Counted from the first letter of the stretch, positions 36,476-45,802 are shown. The stretch: DNA of 64,000 bases from an uncultured Alphaproteobacteria bacterium (GCA_963831275.1 CAWHPN010000004.1:31265-95264), one strand, 5' to 3'. Notes: generated by a model from the letters alone, not told the origin. Made by a program: numbers and translations.

Positions 36476-38149
36476 TCATGGTGTCGCCTCTGCGGGGGCG
36501 GGTTCAGCCTTAACCGCTTGTCGCGCCGCGCGTGCCGCGTCCTTGCGATTTAATTGCGGCACGTAGGGCTTTAGCCAATCGGCTGGACCACCTTCGGCAT
36601 CCGTCAACGCGACCGGCTCGAAATAGTGTTTCCAGTCATCCCGGGAGATGTCGGGAGGAAATTCCTCATATTGCGGATCAAGCAATTCGCTGCCTGCCAG
36701 ATAAGTCCGCGCCTGGGCGGGTGAGGTGCTCGACCAGACAAAGCAGTGCAGATTGGCCGCCGCAATGATGTACCAATGGATCGGATCGTATGTGCCCGAG
36801 CGAGCGATCCGTCGAACGGTTTTTAGGAAAACCGAAAGCCGGCTGACGATCGTCCACGGGCGACGAAAAAGCTTCTCCAGAAAAGAGACGATTGCGTCGG
36901 TATTGTCGACAAGGTTTGAATAAGCGACCGTCTCACCATCAAGATCGCGCAGCCGCAGGTTCGGCCGTAATTGTCCCGAGGCGAGATCAGACCAGAATCC
37001 TTCGGTGCCGGCCAGCGGCGCGACGACGCTCAGGTATACCGGCATAGGCAGGGCCGGATGCCGTCCGATCATGCGGATTTGCTCTTCCATCTTCTGGACG
37101 GTCTGCAAACGCGGATCAAAGAGGTAGCCATAGCCAATGCCAATGCCATTGGATTCGGCAAAGGCGATGTCGTCGATGATATTGTGATTGCGTCCCAGAT
37201 TTTGTTTCTTCTTGTATTTCTTCAGCAAGACCTCATCAAACAACTCCAGGCCGAAAAACAGCGTTATGCATTTGGCATCTGCCATGTATTTGATCAGCTC
37301 ACGGTCATGCATGATATTTTGCGTCACGAGCGCGGCCCATCCTCGGATTTTCGGGTGTCGGCGCATCAGTTCGCAAACCTGGAGCATGTACTGCCGGTCG
37401 TCGGAAAAATTATTGTCGAGAAAAATTATGGTCGGATACAGGCGCCGGAAACTCAACCGCGGACTTGTCGCCAGTGCATTGTCGATGGCGGCAGAAAGAT
37501 TCGAAATGTCGTATTTGGCGTGGCCGCCCACCTCATGAGGTATGACGCAAAAACTGCATCGGAAGCTGCATCCGCGCGATGATTCGAGAAGATGGACGCT
37601 TGGACTGATTCCGCTCTTGGCGAGCAGGCTGTAGTCGACAGCGTAAGATGAGATGTGCATCGTGGGCGATCGGTAGATGCGTTGCAGTTCACTGCGTTCA
37701 AAATCGGCGATGACCTGCCGTACGCTATCGACACCGCCGGCACATACGGCGTCGAAAAATTGCGCGGCAAATTCCGGGAACGTCGTGCAAATACTTCCAC
37801 CTGCCACGACTTTTGCGCCGTCGTGGCGAAAAAAATAAGAAAGTTGTCGCATGCGGTCGAAGTCGGGCTGCAGCCCTGTGAGGAATACGATGTCGTATTT
37901 TTCTCTGTCTGCGGTGTTGAACGGGCCGTGCCAATCCTCGTGATAAAGGCGCACGTCGAAACGCTGCGGGTCGATAAGAGAGGCAACGTGAAGCCCGCTT
38001 ATCGGCTGCATGACATAGCTTGAACGACGTTTCACCCGGCCCGGTCGAAGGTGAGTGCATATGACGAGGGCGCGTCTTTTTTTCGGGCTGTCACGATGGG
38101 GGCTGTCGATCGGCGCCCGGCGCCGCATGGCTGATGCCAAGGAATGCAT
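36476..38149 (-). CDS. B12-binding-domain radical SAM enzyme (class B rSAM)
   Basis: N-terminal B12-binding-like segment (YDIVFLTGLQPDF...GAKVVAGGSICT) and the cluster motif SSRGCSFRCSFCVIP (CxxxCxxC). The start could also be the ATG at 38128. Confidence 0.85.
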   Translation of the reverse strand: MHSLASAMRRRAPIDSPHRDSPKKRRALVICTHLRPGRVKRRSSYVMQPISGLHVASLIDPQRFDVRLYHEDWHGPFNTADREKYDIVFLTGLQPDFDRMRQLSYFFRHDGAKVVAGGSICTTFPEFAAQFFDAVCAGGVDSVRQVIADFERSELQRIYRSPTMHISSYAVDYSLLAKSGISPSVHLLESSRGCSFRCSFCVIPHEVGGHAKYDISNLSAAIDNALATSPRLSFRRLYPTIIFLDNNFSDDRQYMLQVCELMRRHPKIRGWAALVTQNIMHDRELIKYMADAKCITLFFGLELFDEVLLKKYKKKQNLGRNHNIIDDIAFAESNGIGIGYGYLFDPRLQTVQKMEEQIRMIGRHPALPMPVYLSVVAPLAGTEGFWSDLASGQLRPNLRLRDLDGETVAYSNLVDNTDAIVSFLEKLFRRPWTIVSRLSVFLKTVRRIARSGTYDPIHWYIIAAANLHCFVWSSTSPAQARTYLAGSELLDPQYEEFPPDISRDDWKHYFEPVALTDAEGGPADWLKPYVPQLNRKDAARAARQAVKAEPAPAEATP

Positions 38150-38348
38150 CGTCGCGCCCTCTGTCAGAATCTATTAAAAACACCAATCAAATGCGTGCTG
38201 TTGGCCCTGCGACATTGGGCTCAGCTGGCGGCGAAGCCCAGCCTAGCTTACAATCCGCCTCGGTCCCAGCTACTGAATTCGCCGGCCGGTATAACGGTGG
38301 GTGGGTACGGATGAAGAGGTTGAAAATGCTCATCCGGAAAGCGTGAAG

Positions 38349-41300
38349 ATGACAAATGGATCAACTGGGGCGAGTCGGTCCAATGTCCCGCAGCGTCGTT
38401 ATCTAACGATCCTTTTTTGCGACCTTGTGGGCTACACCGAGCTGTCGGAACAGCTGGATCCCGAGGAATTGAGGGATTTGCAGCTGCAGTATCAACGTCT
38501 CGCGCTCACGGTGATGGAGCGTTACGGCGGATTTGTCGCGCAGTTTAGCGGCGACGGCGTTCTCGTTTATTTCGGGTACCCGACCGCGCACGAAAATGAT
38601 GCCGAGCGGGCCGTACGTGCCGCTCTGGAACTGGGCGACAGGCTCGAAGAGCTCAACAACGAGCTTCGCGATCAGCAACTGCCCGCTCTCTCGACCCGTA
38701 TAGGAATTCACACGGGCCTCATTGTTATTGGCTCGGAGCTGGCAAGCGGTGGCGCACAAGATCACAGTATCGTCGGGGAAGCCGCCAATCTCGCCGCCCG
38801 CCTGCAGGCCGAGGCGCCGACCAATTCGGTCGTTGTCAGTGGCGAAACGTTCGAGATGATTTCCGGATTATTTGACTATAAATCGCTTGGGCCGAAACGG
38901 TTCAAAGGCATTACACGCATTATTCCCATCTATAAAATAACCAAGCCTCGCGTAGGGATAGGGCGGGCCCACAATCGGGGGCGACGGGGAGCGCCGCTTT
39001 TTGTTGGGCGAGCACAATCGATTGAGCGGACCGTCGCGTTCTGGGGGCAGGCCAAAGAGAAGTCCCGATGTGAAACCGTTCTCATCAACGGGGAAGCAGG
39101 CGTCGGCAAAACGAGGCTGGCGCTCGAAATTATCAAACATTCAGAACTCGGCGACGTGAACGTCCTGCAAATTCATTGCCATGACATATTTGCGAGCACA
39201 CCGCTTTACTCAATCGGAATGTTCCTGTGGACTGAAGCAGGACTGACCGTCGATGATGACGAGCCGGTCCGCAAACAAAAACTTGCGAGCTTTCTCGATA
39301 ATTTTGGTCTCAAGACCACTGAAAATCTGGATATCGTCAGTAGTCTTCTCGGCACATCGCTGACGTCGACGACGGAGGCCAGCGCGCCGACGCCGTTTCT
39401 TTTCAAGCGAAAACAGTTTGCGCTACTGGTCTCGCTATTTGAGCAGATGGCGCGGAAACAGCCCACGCTGATATGGGTCGATGACGTTCACTGGATTGAT
39501 CCGTCGTCGGCGGAATTGCTGCAGGAAATTGTCCGCCGGCTCGAAAAGTTGCCCGTACTGATGCTTCTGACTGGGCGGTCCTTTCCAAAAAGCCCGAACT
39601 TGCCGCATACCGACAATGTCATCGAACTCAGTCAGCTCGATGCTGACGAGTGCTTTGAGCTCGCCCGTGCAATCCCGCGCGCCGGAATCCTGTCAGACGA
39701 CGACCTGACGCGTGCCGTCGAGGCTGCCGACGGTATTCCGCTGTTCGTGGAACACCTCGTTTTGTCTCTCGTCGACCAGAAAGAACAGGCGACAGGCGCA
39801 GCGCGCAAGCGAGGCGATCTGCCGCTCACCTTGGCCGCGATGATATCGGAACGGCTCGACCGGGTCCCGGACGGACGGCGCGTCGTGCAAGCGGCGGCCT
39901 GCATTGGAGCGCCGTTTACGGCCGATTTTCTGGCGGCGCTCCTGCAGGATAGCGATGCCAAGATTATTGCCCCTCTTGAGGCCCTCATCGACGCTGAAAT
40001 TCTACGTTCAAATCACGACGATCGCGAAATTCGGTTCGAGTTTCGGCACGCGTTGCTGCTGCGGGCCGCTTATGAATCGATGGTGCAATCGGAACGGCGG
40101 GCGACCCACGCCAGCATCGTCAAGGAATTGCAGCGGGAAGGGGCCGCCGGGCCCTTTGTTCCCGAACTCATTGCGCATCATTTGACGGCCTCAGGTCAGT
40201 TCCAGGAAGCGATCCGGACCTGGCTGGATGCGGGTACGAGCGCTGCGCGACGGTCGGCGCACATTGAAGCGATCGACGATCTACGGCGCGGTCTGAGCAT
40301 GCTCAATGAAATTTCATCCCCGCAACTGCGTACCCAGCTGGAGATCAACCTTCAGGCCGCATTGATCGGTTCTGTGATTGCCTCTCAGGGGCCGACCTCG
40401 TCAGCCTTGTCAGAATGCTGCCAAAGGGGCCTTGCGCTCTGCAAGGAAGCGGAAGGGACGCCGCTGGTGTTTGCGTTCCTCTTCGGACAGTTCACCTACG
40501 CAATGTGCCGCGGCCGCATTGAAGACGCTGCGCCGCTGGCGCGCCTCTTTCATTCGCTGGCGAGCAGCAAGTCCTATGATTCAGGACGCGTTATCGGACA
40601 TCGTCTTTTGGGAATGACACATATCAACGCGGGTGATGCATCCAAAGCGAAAGAGCAACTTGAGCAATCGCTCGAACTGTACTCGGCCGAGCGGGACGCC
40701 GCGTCCACACTTATGTTCGGCCAAAACACGCAAGTTCACAGCCGCTCATTGCTCAGCCTCTCGCTTTTTTGCCTTGGCCACGTCGATGAGGCCATTCAAG
40801 TTGGGCTTGATGCGCTTGAGGCCGCCGACGCTCTTCATCACCCTCATTCGACCGCGCTCGCACAAGGTTACGTGGGCGGTTGGCTCTTCGGCCTGTGTGG
40901 CGCCAAAGACGAATTGATGCGGGAGGCAAAGCAGTTGATAGTTTTGTCGGAGCAACATCGGCTCGGGCCATTTCGCCTCTTCGGATCAGCTTTTTTGGGA
41001 TGGGGCCTGTGCCAAGGCGGCGATCTTGAAAACGGCGTTGCCATGCTAAAGAAGGCGATCGACAAGCTGGAATTTATCGAGTTCCTTCTTTCGATATCCG
41101 GGCATCTCGCAATCCTGGCCGATGCCCAACGCCAGCAAGGCAATCTTGAAATTGCAAAGAAATCTTGCGCGCGTGCCCTGGCGTTGATCGCCGATGGCGC
41201 CGATCGTTGGATTGAGCCCGAAGTTCATCGGGTCAATGCCTTGATCGAGAGCGATATGGGACTCTCAGATCCGGGAAAAATTGAAGCGAAATTTCGTGAC

Positions 41301-41504
41301 TCGATCGAATGCGCAAAAAAAATGGGATTTCCGGTCTTCGAGCTTCGTGGGTTGGTCAGCCTGAAGAACTTTCTGGGGCCGAACGGGCAGGACGTCGAGG
41401 TTGAATCTCGCATTAAACAATTATCGTACCTGCAGAATCTTGATCAGCGTGTCGATGCCGCCATCAAGACGCGCGGCTACAAACTTTGCGCAACAGTGCA
41501 GTAA
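38349..41504 (+). CDS. class III adenylate/guanylate cyclase - STAND/AAA ATPase - TPR multidomain protein
   Basis: Cyclase: YLTILFCDLVGYTELSE, FSGDGVLVYFGYP, RIGIHTGLIVIG. P-loop INGEAGVGKTRLA, Walker B TLIWVDDVHWID. Long helical/TPR-like C-terminus with no HTH. Confidence 0.85.
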   Translation: MTNGSTGASRSNVPQRRYLTILFCDLVGYTELSEQLDPEELRDLQLQYQRLALTVMERYGGFVAQFSGDGVLVYFGYPTAHENDAERAVRAALELGDRLEELNNELRDQQLPALSTRIGIHTGLIVIGSELASGGAQDHSIVGEAANLAARLQAEAPTNSVVVSGETFEMISGLFDYKSLGPKRFKGITRIIPIYKITKPRVGIGRAHNRGRRGAPLFVGRAQSIERTVAFWGQAKEKSRCETVLINGEAGVGKTRLALEIIKHSELGDVNVLQIHCHDIFASTPLYSIGMFLWTEAGLTVDDDEPVRKQKLASFLDNFGLKTTENLDIVSSLLGTSLTSTTEASAPTPFLFKRKQFALLVSLFEQMARKQPTLIWVDDVHWIDPSSAELLQEIVRRLEKLPVLMLLTGRSFPKSPNLPHTDNVIELSQLDADECFELARAIPRAGILSDDDLTRAVEAADGIPLFVEHLVLSLVDQKEQATGAARKRGDLPLTLAAMISERLDRVPDGRRVVQAAACIGAPFTADFLAALLQDSDAKIIAPLEALIDAEILRSNHDDREIRFEFRHALLLRAAYESMVQSERRATHASIVKELQREGAAGPFVPELIAHHLTASGQFQEAIRTWLDAGTSAARRSAHIEAIDDLRRGLSMLNEISSPQLRTQLEINLQAALIGSVIASQGPTSSALSECCQRGLALCKEAEGTPLVFAFLFGQFTYAMCRGRIEDAAPLARLFHSLASSKSYDSGRVIGHRLLGMTHINAGDASKAKEQLEQSLELYSAERDAASTLMFGQNTQVHSRSLLSLSLFCLGHVDEAIQVGLDALEAADALHHPHSTALAQGYVGGWLFGLCGAKDELMREAKQLIVLSEQHRLGPFRLFGSAFLGWGLCQGGDLENGVAMLKKAIDKLEFIEFLLSISGHLAILADAQRQQGNLEIAKKSCARALALIADGADRWIEPEVHRVNALIESDMGLSDPGKIEAKFRDSIECAKKMGFPVFELRGLVSLKNFLGPNGQDVEVESRIKQLSYLQNLDQRVDAAIKTRGYKLCATVQ

Positions 41505-41525
41505 GAAGGAATTGGAGCCGCTGAA

Positions 41526-42641
41526 ATGCTTGGTCGATTTGCCGGCCACTTCGCAACCTCGCCGGTTTCGTTTGAAATAATTCTTCCCGACAAGAGCATC
41601 CAACGTTTTGGCCCCGCCACCCCGGGCTTCCGAGTTAATCTCAAAAACCCTCGAGGGTTACGCGCCATTGAAAGTATCGACGAAGGTCAGATCGGCGACG
41701 CCTACGTTGCCGGCGACATCGATATCGACGGCGACATGCTGCAGCCTTTTGAGCTCCGGGGGGCCATGAAGGATTTCCACCCGCTGGTTGTTGCATGGCG
41801 TTTCATCCAGCCTTTTCTGTTTGGGCAGGTGCATACCAACAGGCAGGCCATCAGCGCTCACTACGACATCGATCCGGAGTTCTTCCTCAGCTTCCTTGAT
41901 CCCGAAACGCCTTGTTACACCCAGGGCGTTTATGAGGATCCAAATGAATCGCTCGGCGTGGCCACGCGTCGCAAGCTCAAATATTGCTTTGAAAAGCTTG
42001 AGCTGAAACCGGGCGATCATCTGCTGGAAATTGGGCCTGGATGGGGGGCGTGGTTCGAATATGCGTCTAGCCGGGGTGTTCACTGCACCGGGATCAGCAA
42101 TTCGCAGGCATCAGTCGACTATCTCAACGGTCGGGCGAAACAGCTCGGTTACGACTGGGAGCTTGTAAAGGGAGATTTTCTGCAATATCGCCCCGATCGG
42201 AAATACGACGCGATTGTCATCATGGGGGTCATTGAGCATCTGCCCGATTACGGCCAGGTGTTGAACAAATTCACAACGTTGCTAAAGCCCGGTCGGCGCA
42301 TCTTTCTGGATGCCAGTGCCTGCACGAAAAAATATGAACTCTCATCGTTCATGGTCAAATACATTTACGGCGGCAATCATTCGTTTCTTGTCCTTCACGA
42401 TCTTCTCGACAAGATGGCTATGACGCCTTTGCGTGTTCATGAAATGTTTGACGACCGCTTCAGCTATTTTCTCACGTTCCGGCAATGGGCGACCAATTTC
42501 GATCAGCATCGCGAAGCCGTCGTCGAAAAATTCGGCGAATTCAATTATCGTCGATTCCGGTTGTACCTTTGGGGAGCCGCCTATGAATTCCTCAGCCGAA
42601 GCCTCGACTGTTACCGGATGATTATTGCGTATCCGAAATAG
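41526..42641 (+). CDS. cyclopropane-fatty-acyl-phospholipid-synthase-like SAM methyltransferase
   Basis: ISAHYDIDPEFFLSFLDPETPCYTQGVYE, SAM motif LLEIGPGWGAW. GGAG lies 8 nt upstream; the gene starts 21 nt after the cyclase-STAND gene stop. Confidence 0.85.
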   Translation: MLGRFAGHFATSPVSFEIILPDKSIQRFGPATPGFRVNLKNPRGLRAIESIDEGQIGDAYVAGDIDIDGDMLQPFELRGAMKDFHPLVVAWRFIQPFLFGQVHTNRQAISAHYDIDPEFFLSFLDPETPCYTQGVYEDPNESLGVATRRKLKYCFEKLELKPGDHLLEIGPGWGAWFEYASSRGVHCTGISNSQASVDYLNGRAKQLGYDWELVKGDFLQYRPDRKYDAIVIMGVIEHLPDYGQVLNKFTTLLKPGRRIFLDASACTKKYELSSFMVKYIYGGNHSFLVLHDLLDKMAMTPLRVHEMFDDRFSYFLTFRQWATNFDQHREAVVEKFGEFNYRRFRLYLWGAAYEFLSRSLDCYRMIIAYPK

Positions 42642-42658
42642 CTGTCCGAAAAATCAAG

Positions 42659-43912
42659 CTAATCCTTGCTTACGCGACGCACGTTCCGCACAGCCGTGAC
42701 GTGAGCCGCTGCTCGCGTCGAGGGAAATACGTGGCCTTTCATCTTTCGTTTCGGTGGCGGCGCGGCCAATTCAACGACAAAAGCTGGCGTCTGGCTGTCG
42801 CAATAGCGCGCCACGGCTTTGGCAAAATCATCCAGGACCGCGCTCAATTCATCCCGGGGAGGGGGCGGCCGAAGATCTCCCAGAACCCAAACCGTGTGGC
42901 ATTGCTTGAGAACGCCGGAAACGGACGCCAGATCTCTTTGCAGCATCGCCGTGAACCGCGCGATGTTTGCTTCATGACTTTCCTCGGCGACGGAAACCAC
43001 AGGCCCTACACCATCAATGATGACAACCTGGGATTGGCTCCAGGGCCAATAGGAAATAGTCGCGGGTCCGTGATCATCGGGAAAGTCACGGTCCGTCGCG
43101 GACGTGGCAAATTCGAGCAGGGAATCGAGACCGAGGTATCGAACCTTGTGCTGTTTGAAGGCGAATTCAGTTCCGATCCCGGCGGCCATGGACGTGCGGC
43201 CCGATCCGATCGGACCGCCGACGATCACCTGACTCGGTGGTGCGGTCGGGGGCGCGCCGTCGTCAATGAGCTTTTGCAGCGCTTTGGCATCTTCTTCGCT
43301 GATATTTGGCGCCGCATCAGCAAGCCGAAACAGATAAGGAATTGATGCTTTTTGCCAGATTATTTTCTGCCGCAGCCATCGTGGCGCGAGTACGATGGCG
43401 ACGACAACCACTCCCGTCGATATCAGCGCCGACGGGATCACAGGTTGATGAAAAGCAAATCCCATCACGCCGCCCAATGCGATGTAGATTGCCGCGATAA
43501 TTGCATTATCGCGCAGGAGTTTTGCATCGAGTGGAAAACGACCGGTCGCCTGTTTTACGGAACTGTTGTAGGCGCTCCACTCCCACAGTGCTGCGCCGAC
43601 GACGACCAGCAGCAAGCCGGGCCAGATTCCCATCCGGTAGGTCAAAGGCAGTGCCAAGCCCAGCCACTTCGCGGCCAGGTATTTTATGCCGACGAGAACG
43701 CCGCCGCTTACCGTGGTGCCAATGAAATTAATTATGATGCCAAGACAAATATGGCCGAACTGGTCGGCCAACCAGGTGTAGGAATAAGTCGCGGCTGTCT
43801 GGACTTCCTTGCCGTAAGCATCGGCCCAAAACTGATGCAAGAGATCCTTGGTAGTCAGTTTTGGGGCGCTCGGCCCAAATAGGCTCGCGCGTGCATGTTC
43901 TCTGGAGTTCAT
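42659..43912 (-). CDS. hypothetical membrane protein with C-terminal degenerate P-loop NTPase-like domain
   Basis: Four or five predicted TM helices (residues ~70-200), then VIVGGPIGSGRTSMAAG (Walker A-like with Arg in the Lys position) and VVIIDGVG (Walker B-like). I chose the ATG at 43912, preceded by GGGGGGAAGG. Confidence 0.55.
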   Translation of the reverse strand: MNSREHARASLFGPSAPKLTTKDLLHQFWADAYGKEVQTAATYSYTWLADQFGHICLGIIINFIGTTVSGGVLVGIKYLAAKWLGLALPLTYRMGIWPGLLLVVVGAALWEWSAYNSSVKQATGRFPLDAKLLRDNAIIAAIYIALGGVMGFAFHQPVIPSALISTGVVVVAIVLAPRWLRQKIIWQKASIPYLFRLADAAPNISEEDAKALQKLIDDGAPPTAPPSQVIVGGPIGSGRTSMAAGIGTEFAFKQHKVRYLGLDSLLEFATSATDRDFPDDHGPATISYWPWSQSQVVIIDGVGPVVSVAEESHEANIARFTAMLQRDLASVSGVLKQCHTVWVLGDLRPPPPRDELSAVLDDFAKAVARYCDSQTPAFVVELAAPPPKRKMKGHVFPSTRAAAHVTAVRNVRRVSKD

Positions 43913-44179
43913 GGCCTTCCCCCCGAGCATCCCTGGGCGGGAGCTTACTGCCGTTGTGGGGTCCAATGAAACAGGTAACTCGCTCCTCAATCAGATGAGC
44001 GATGCGCAATTTACGGGCTTCCGTCTCCGCGATAACCTAGCCACCGATCTAGCGGCCAATGTACGCATCGCGTTGGATTCCGAAGACTGAAGCGGGATGG
44101 CCATCGCTGTGCGTTCGACGTTCTCTGATCACAGGCCGGCGTTGCAACGGTCGCATCAGGCATCAGGCGGGGGAAGGGC

Positions 44180-44851
44180 ATGGAATTTCTAAAGCATATC
44201 GAATGGCCCATGTGGTTCGGATTTGCCGCCGTTGTGTCCAGCGTCATTACGTGCGCAATGAAAACGATGATTCCGCTGAGAGTTGTCAGTATGACCTGCA
44301 ACGCCCTTTTTATTGTCTACGGGTTCTTCGGCGGGATATATCCCACGCTGGTGTTAAATTTGATTCTTCTCCCGCTTAACACCGTAAGGCTGCACCAGAT
44401 GCGCAAGCTCATCCATGATGTCGAAGCCGCAGCATCGTATGGGGAGACTTCGATCGATTGGCTCAAGCCGTTCATGTCCCGGCGTGGTTTTCGCAAAGGC
44501 GATATCGTCTTCCACAAGGGCGATGTGGCCGATGCAATGTATTACAGCGTGAGCGGCCGTTATCGCCTCTGCGAAATGGGGATAGAAATTCCGGCCGGCC
44601 AGGTTTTCGGCGATCTCGGCTTGCTCGCTCCGGGCAACCGGCGCACGCAGACGATCGAGTGCACGGATGATGGGGAAGTGCTCACAGCGAGCTACGAGCA
44701 GGTCAAAGAGCTCTATTTCCAGAACCCTCAATTCGGGTTCTATTTCCTGCGGCTGACCAGCGAGCGGCTCTTCGAGAATATCAGCCGGCTTGAACAGGAA
44801 CTTGTCCTCAAAAATGAGGCACTTGCGGCCCTTGGCCACAAGCCCGCCTGA
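44180..44851 (+). CDS. membrane-anchored cyclic-nucleotide-binding domain protein
   Basis: About 3 N-terminal TM helices (WFGFAAVVSSVITCA..., YgjV-like), then a CNB domain FRKGDIVFHKGDVADAMYYSVSG...GQVFGDLGLLAPGNRRTQTIEC. Confidence 0.75.
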   Translation: MEFLKHIEWPMWFGFAAVVSSVITCAMKTMIPLRVVSMTCNALFIVYGFFGGIYPTLVLNLILLPLNTVRLHQMRKLIHDVEAAASYGETSIDWLKPFMSRRGFRKGDIVFHKGDVADAMYYSVSGRYRLCEMGIEIPAGQVFGDLGLLAPGNRRTQTIECTDDGEVLTASYEQVKELYFQNPQFGFYFLRLTSERLFENISRLEQELVLKNEALAALGHKPA

Positions 44852-45033
44852 CGACCGCCGCCATTGTGTTCTGCCATCGTTTTCACATTACTGAAAAATA
44901 AAAATGCAAAGCGAGCACCGGCGGCAGCTTTTCTGGGGTTCAACCCGGAAACTGCTATACAGCCTTTTGAATAGTTGACTTTGCGATTGGCGGCTTGTCA
45001 CTTTAAGCCACTAGCGAATCTGGACGCCGGGCA

Positions 45034-45273
45034 GTGCAGGATAAACGAACCAACTATCGCAAGCGCATTCTCAAGAACGCGCAAATCGTTCTCAGTGAGA
45101 AGGCGCCGAAGCTGGACTGTGCCGTGCGGAATCTTACCGACACGGGAGCCTGCCTTCAGGTGTCGACCACCTATGGTATCCCGGCAACCTTCGATGTCGT
45201 GATCGAAGGCGTGCGCCGCCCATGTCGCTCTATTTGGAGGACAGATACAAAGATGGGAATTACGTTCGAGTAG
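45034..45273 (+). CDS. single-domain PilZ protein
   Basis: RTNYR (RxxxR) and NLTDTG (D/N-x-S/T-x-x-G) motifs. GTG start. Confidence 0.75.
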   Translation: MQDKRTNYRKRILKNAQIVLSEKAPKLDCAVRNLTDTGACLQVSTTYGIPATFDVVIEGVRRPCRSIWRTDTKMGITFE

Positions 45274-45383
45274 TTCCCGTATTTTCGATATTTAATCGCT
45301 ATATCGTTAAAATGTGCCTGTGATCTTATGCATTTTGAAAGCCACATCTTAGGATAATGCACTCCTGTGCGCAGGAGCTGCCA

Positions 45384-45494
45384 ATGCGTGATTGGCTGTT
45401 TTTGTTGGCCCCACCGGCCCTGATCTTTTATTTTATAGCCCATCCGGACGGTTTCTACGCGTTCGTGAGCTGGGCAAGAATTCTCGTTGGCTGA
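45384..45494 (+). CDS. possible 36-aa hydrophobic peptide
   Basis: Hand-found and below the track cutoff. AGGAG lies 6 nt upstream of the ATG. Translation: MRDWLFLLAPPALIFYFIAHPDGFYAFVSWARILVG. Confidence 0.3.
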   Translation: MRDWLFLLAPPALIFYFIAHPDGFYAFVSWARILVG

Positions 45495-45528
45495 GCTGGG
45501 CTGACTCGGGTCGGCCGCGCGTGGCCGA

Positions 45529-45792
45529 TTACTCGAAGGAAACACCCAACTTTTTGCCGTCCGTCCAGACCACTCTGCAATGTCGGGTTTCCAAATCGCC
45601 GTCCACGGTCAGTCGAAAAACCTTCGGCAATCCGAACGTCGTTCCGACGTGAAGACCCGCTCCGACTGACGTCAGATCTTCAACGGTGCAGGGCATTTCC
45701 TGCCCGGACGGGCCGAATTTGATCTTTCCACGCTTGTGTGTGGTAACTCGAGCATCTTTTCGGCGGTCAATTGTGATTGACATCAGAGTCAT
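45529..45792 (-). CDS. single-domain PilZ protein
   Basis: RKDAR (RxxxR) and DLTSVG motifs. Start chosen as the first ATG after the upstream gene stop; the alternative is 45783. Confidence 0.75.
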   Translation of the reverse strand: MTLMSITIDRRKDARVTTHKRGKIKFGPSGQEMPCTVEDLTSVGAGLHVGTTFGLPKVFRLTVDGDLETRHCRVVWTDGKKLGVSFE

Positions 45793-45802
45793 CCAGGCGT
45801 GC

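Noticed and set aside
38349-44851. Calling the cyclase plus TM-CNB protein a Pycsar-type antiphage system
   Set aside because: The genes are separated by two unrelated genes and lie on different transcription units. The cyclase is a 1,051-aa STAND/TPR regulator typical of rhizobial Cya-like proteins. The idea is kept only as a low-probability note.
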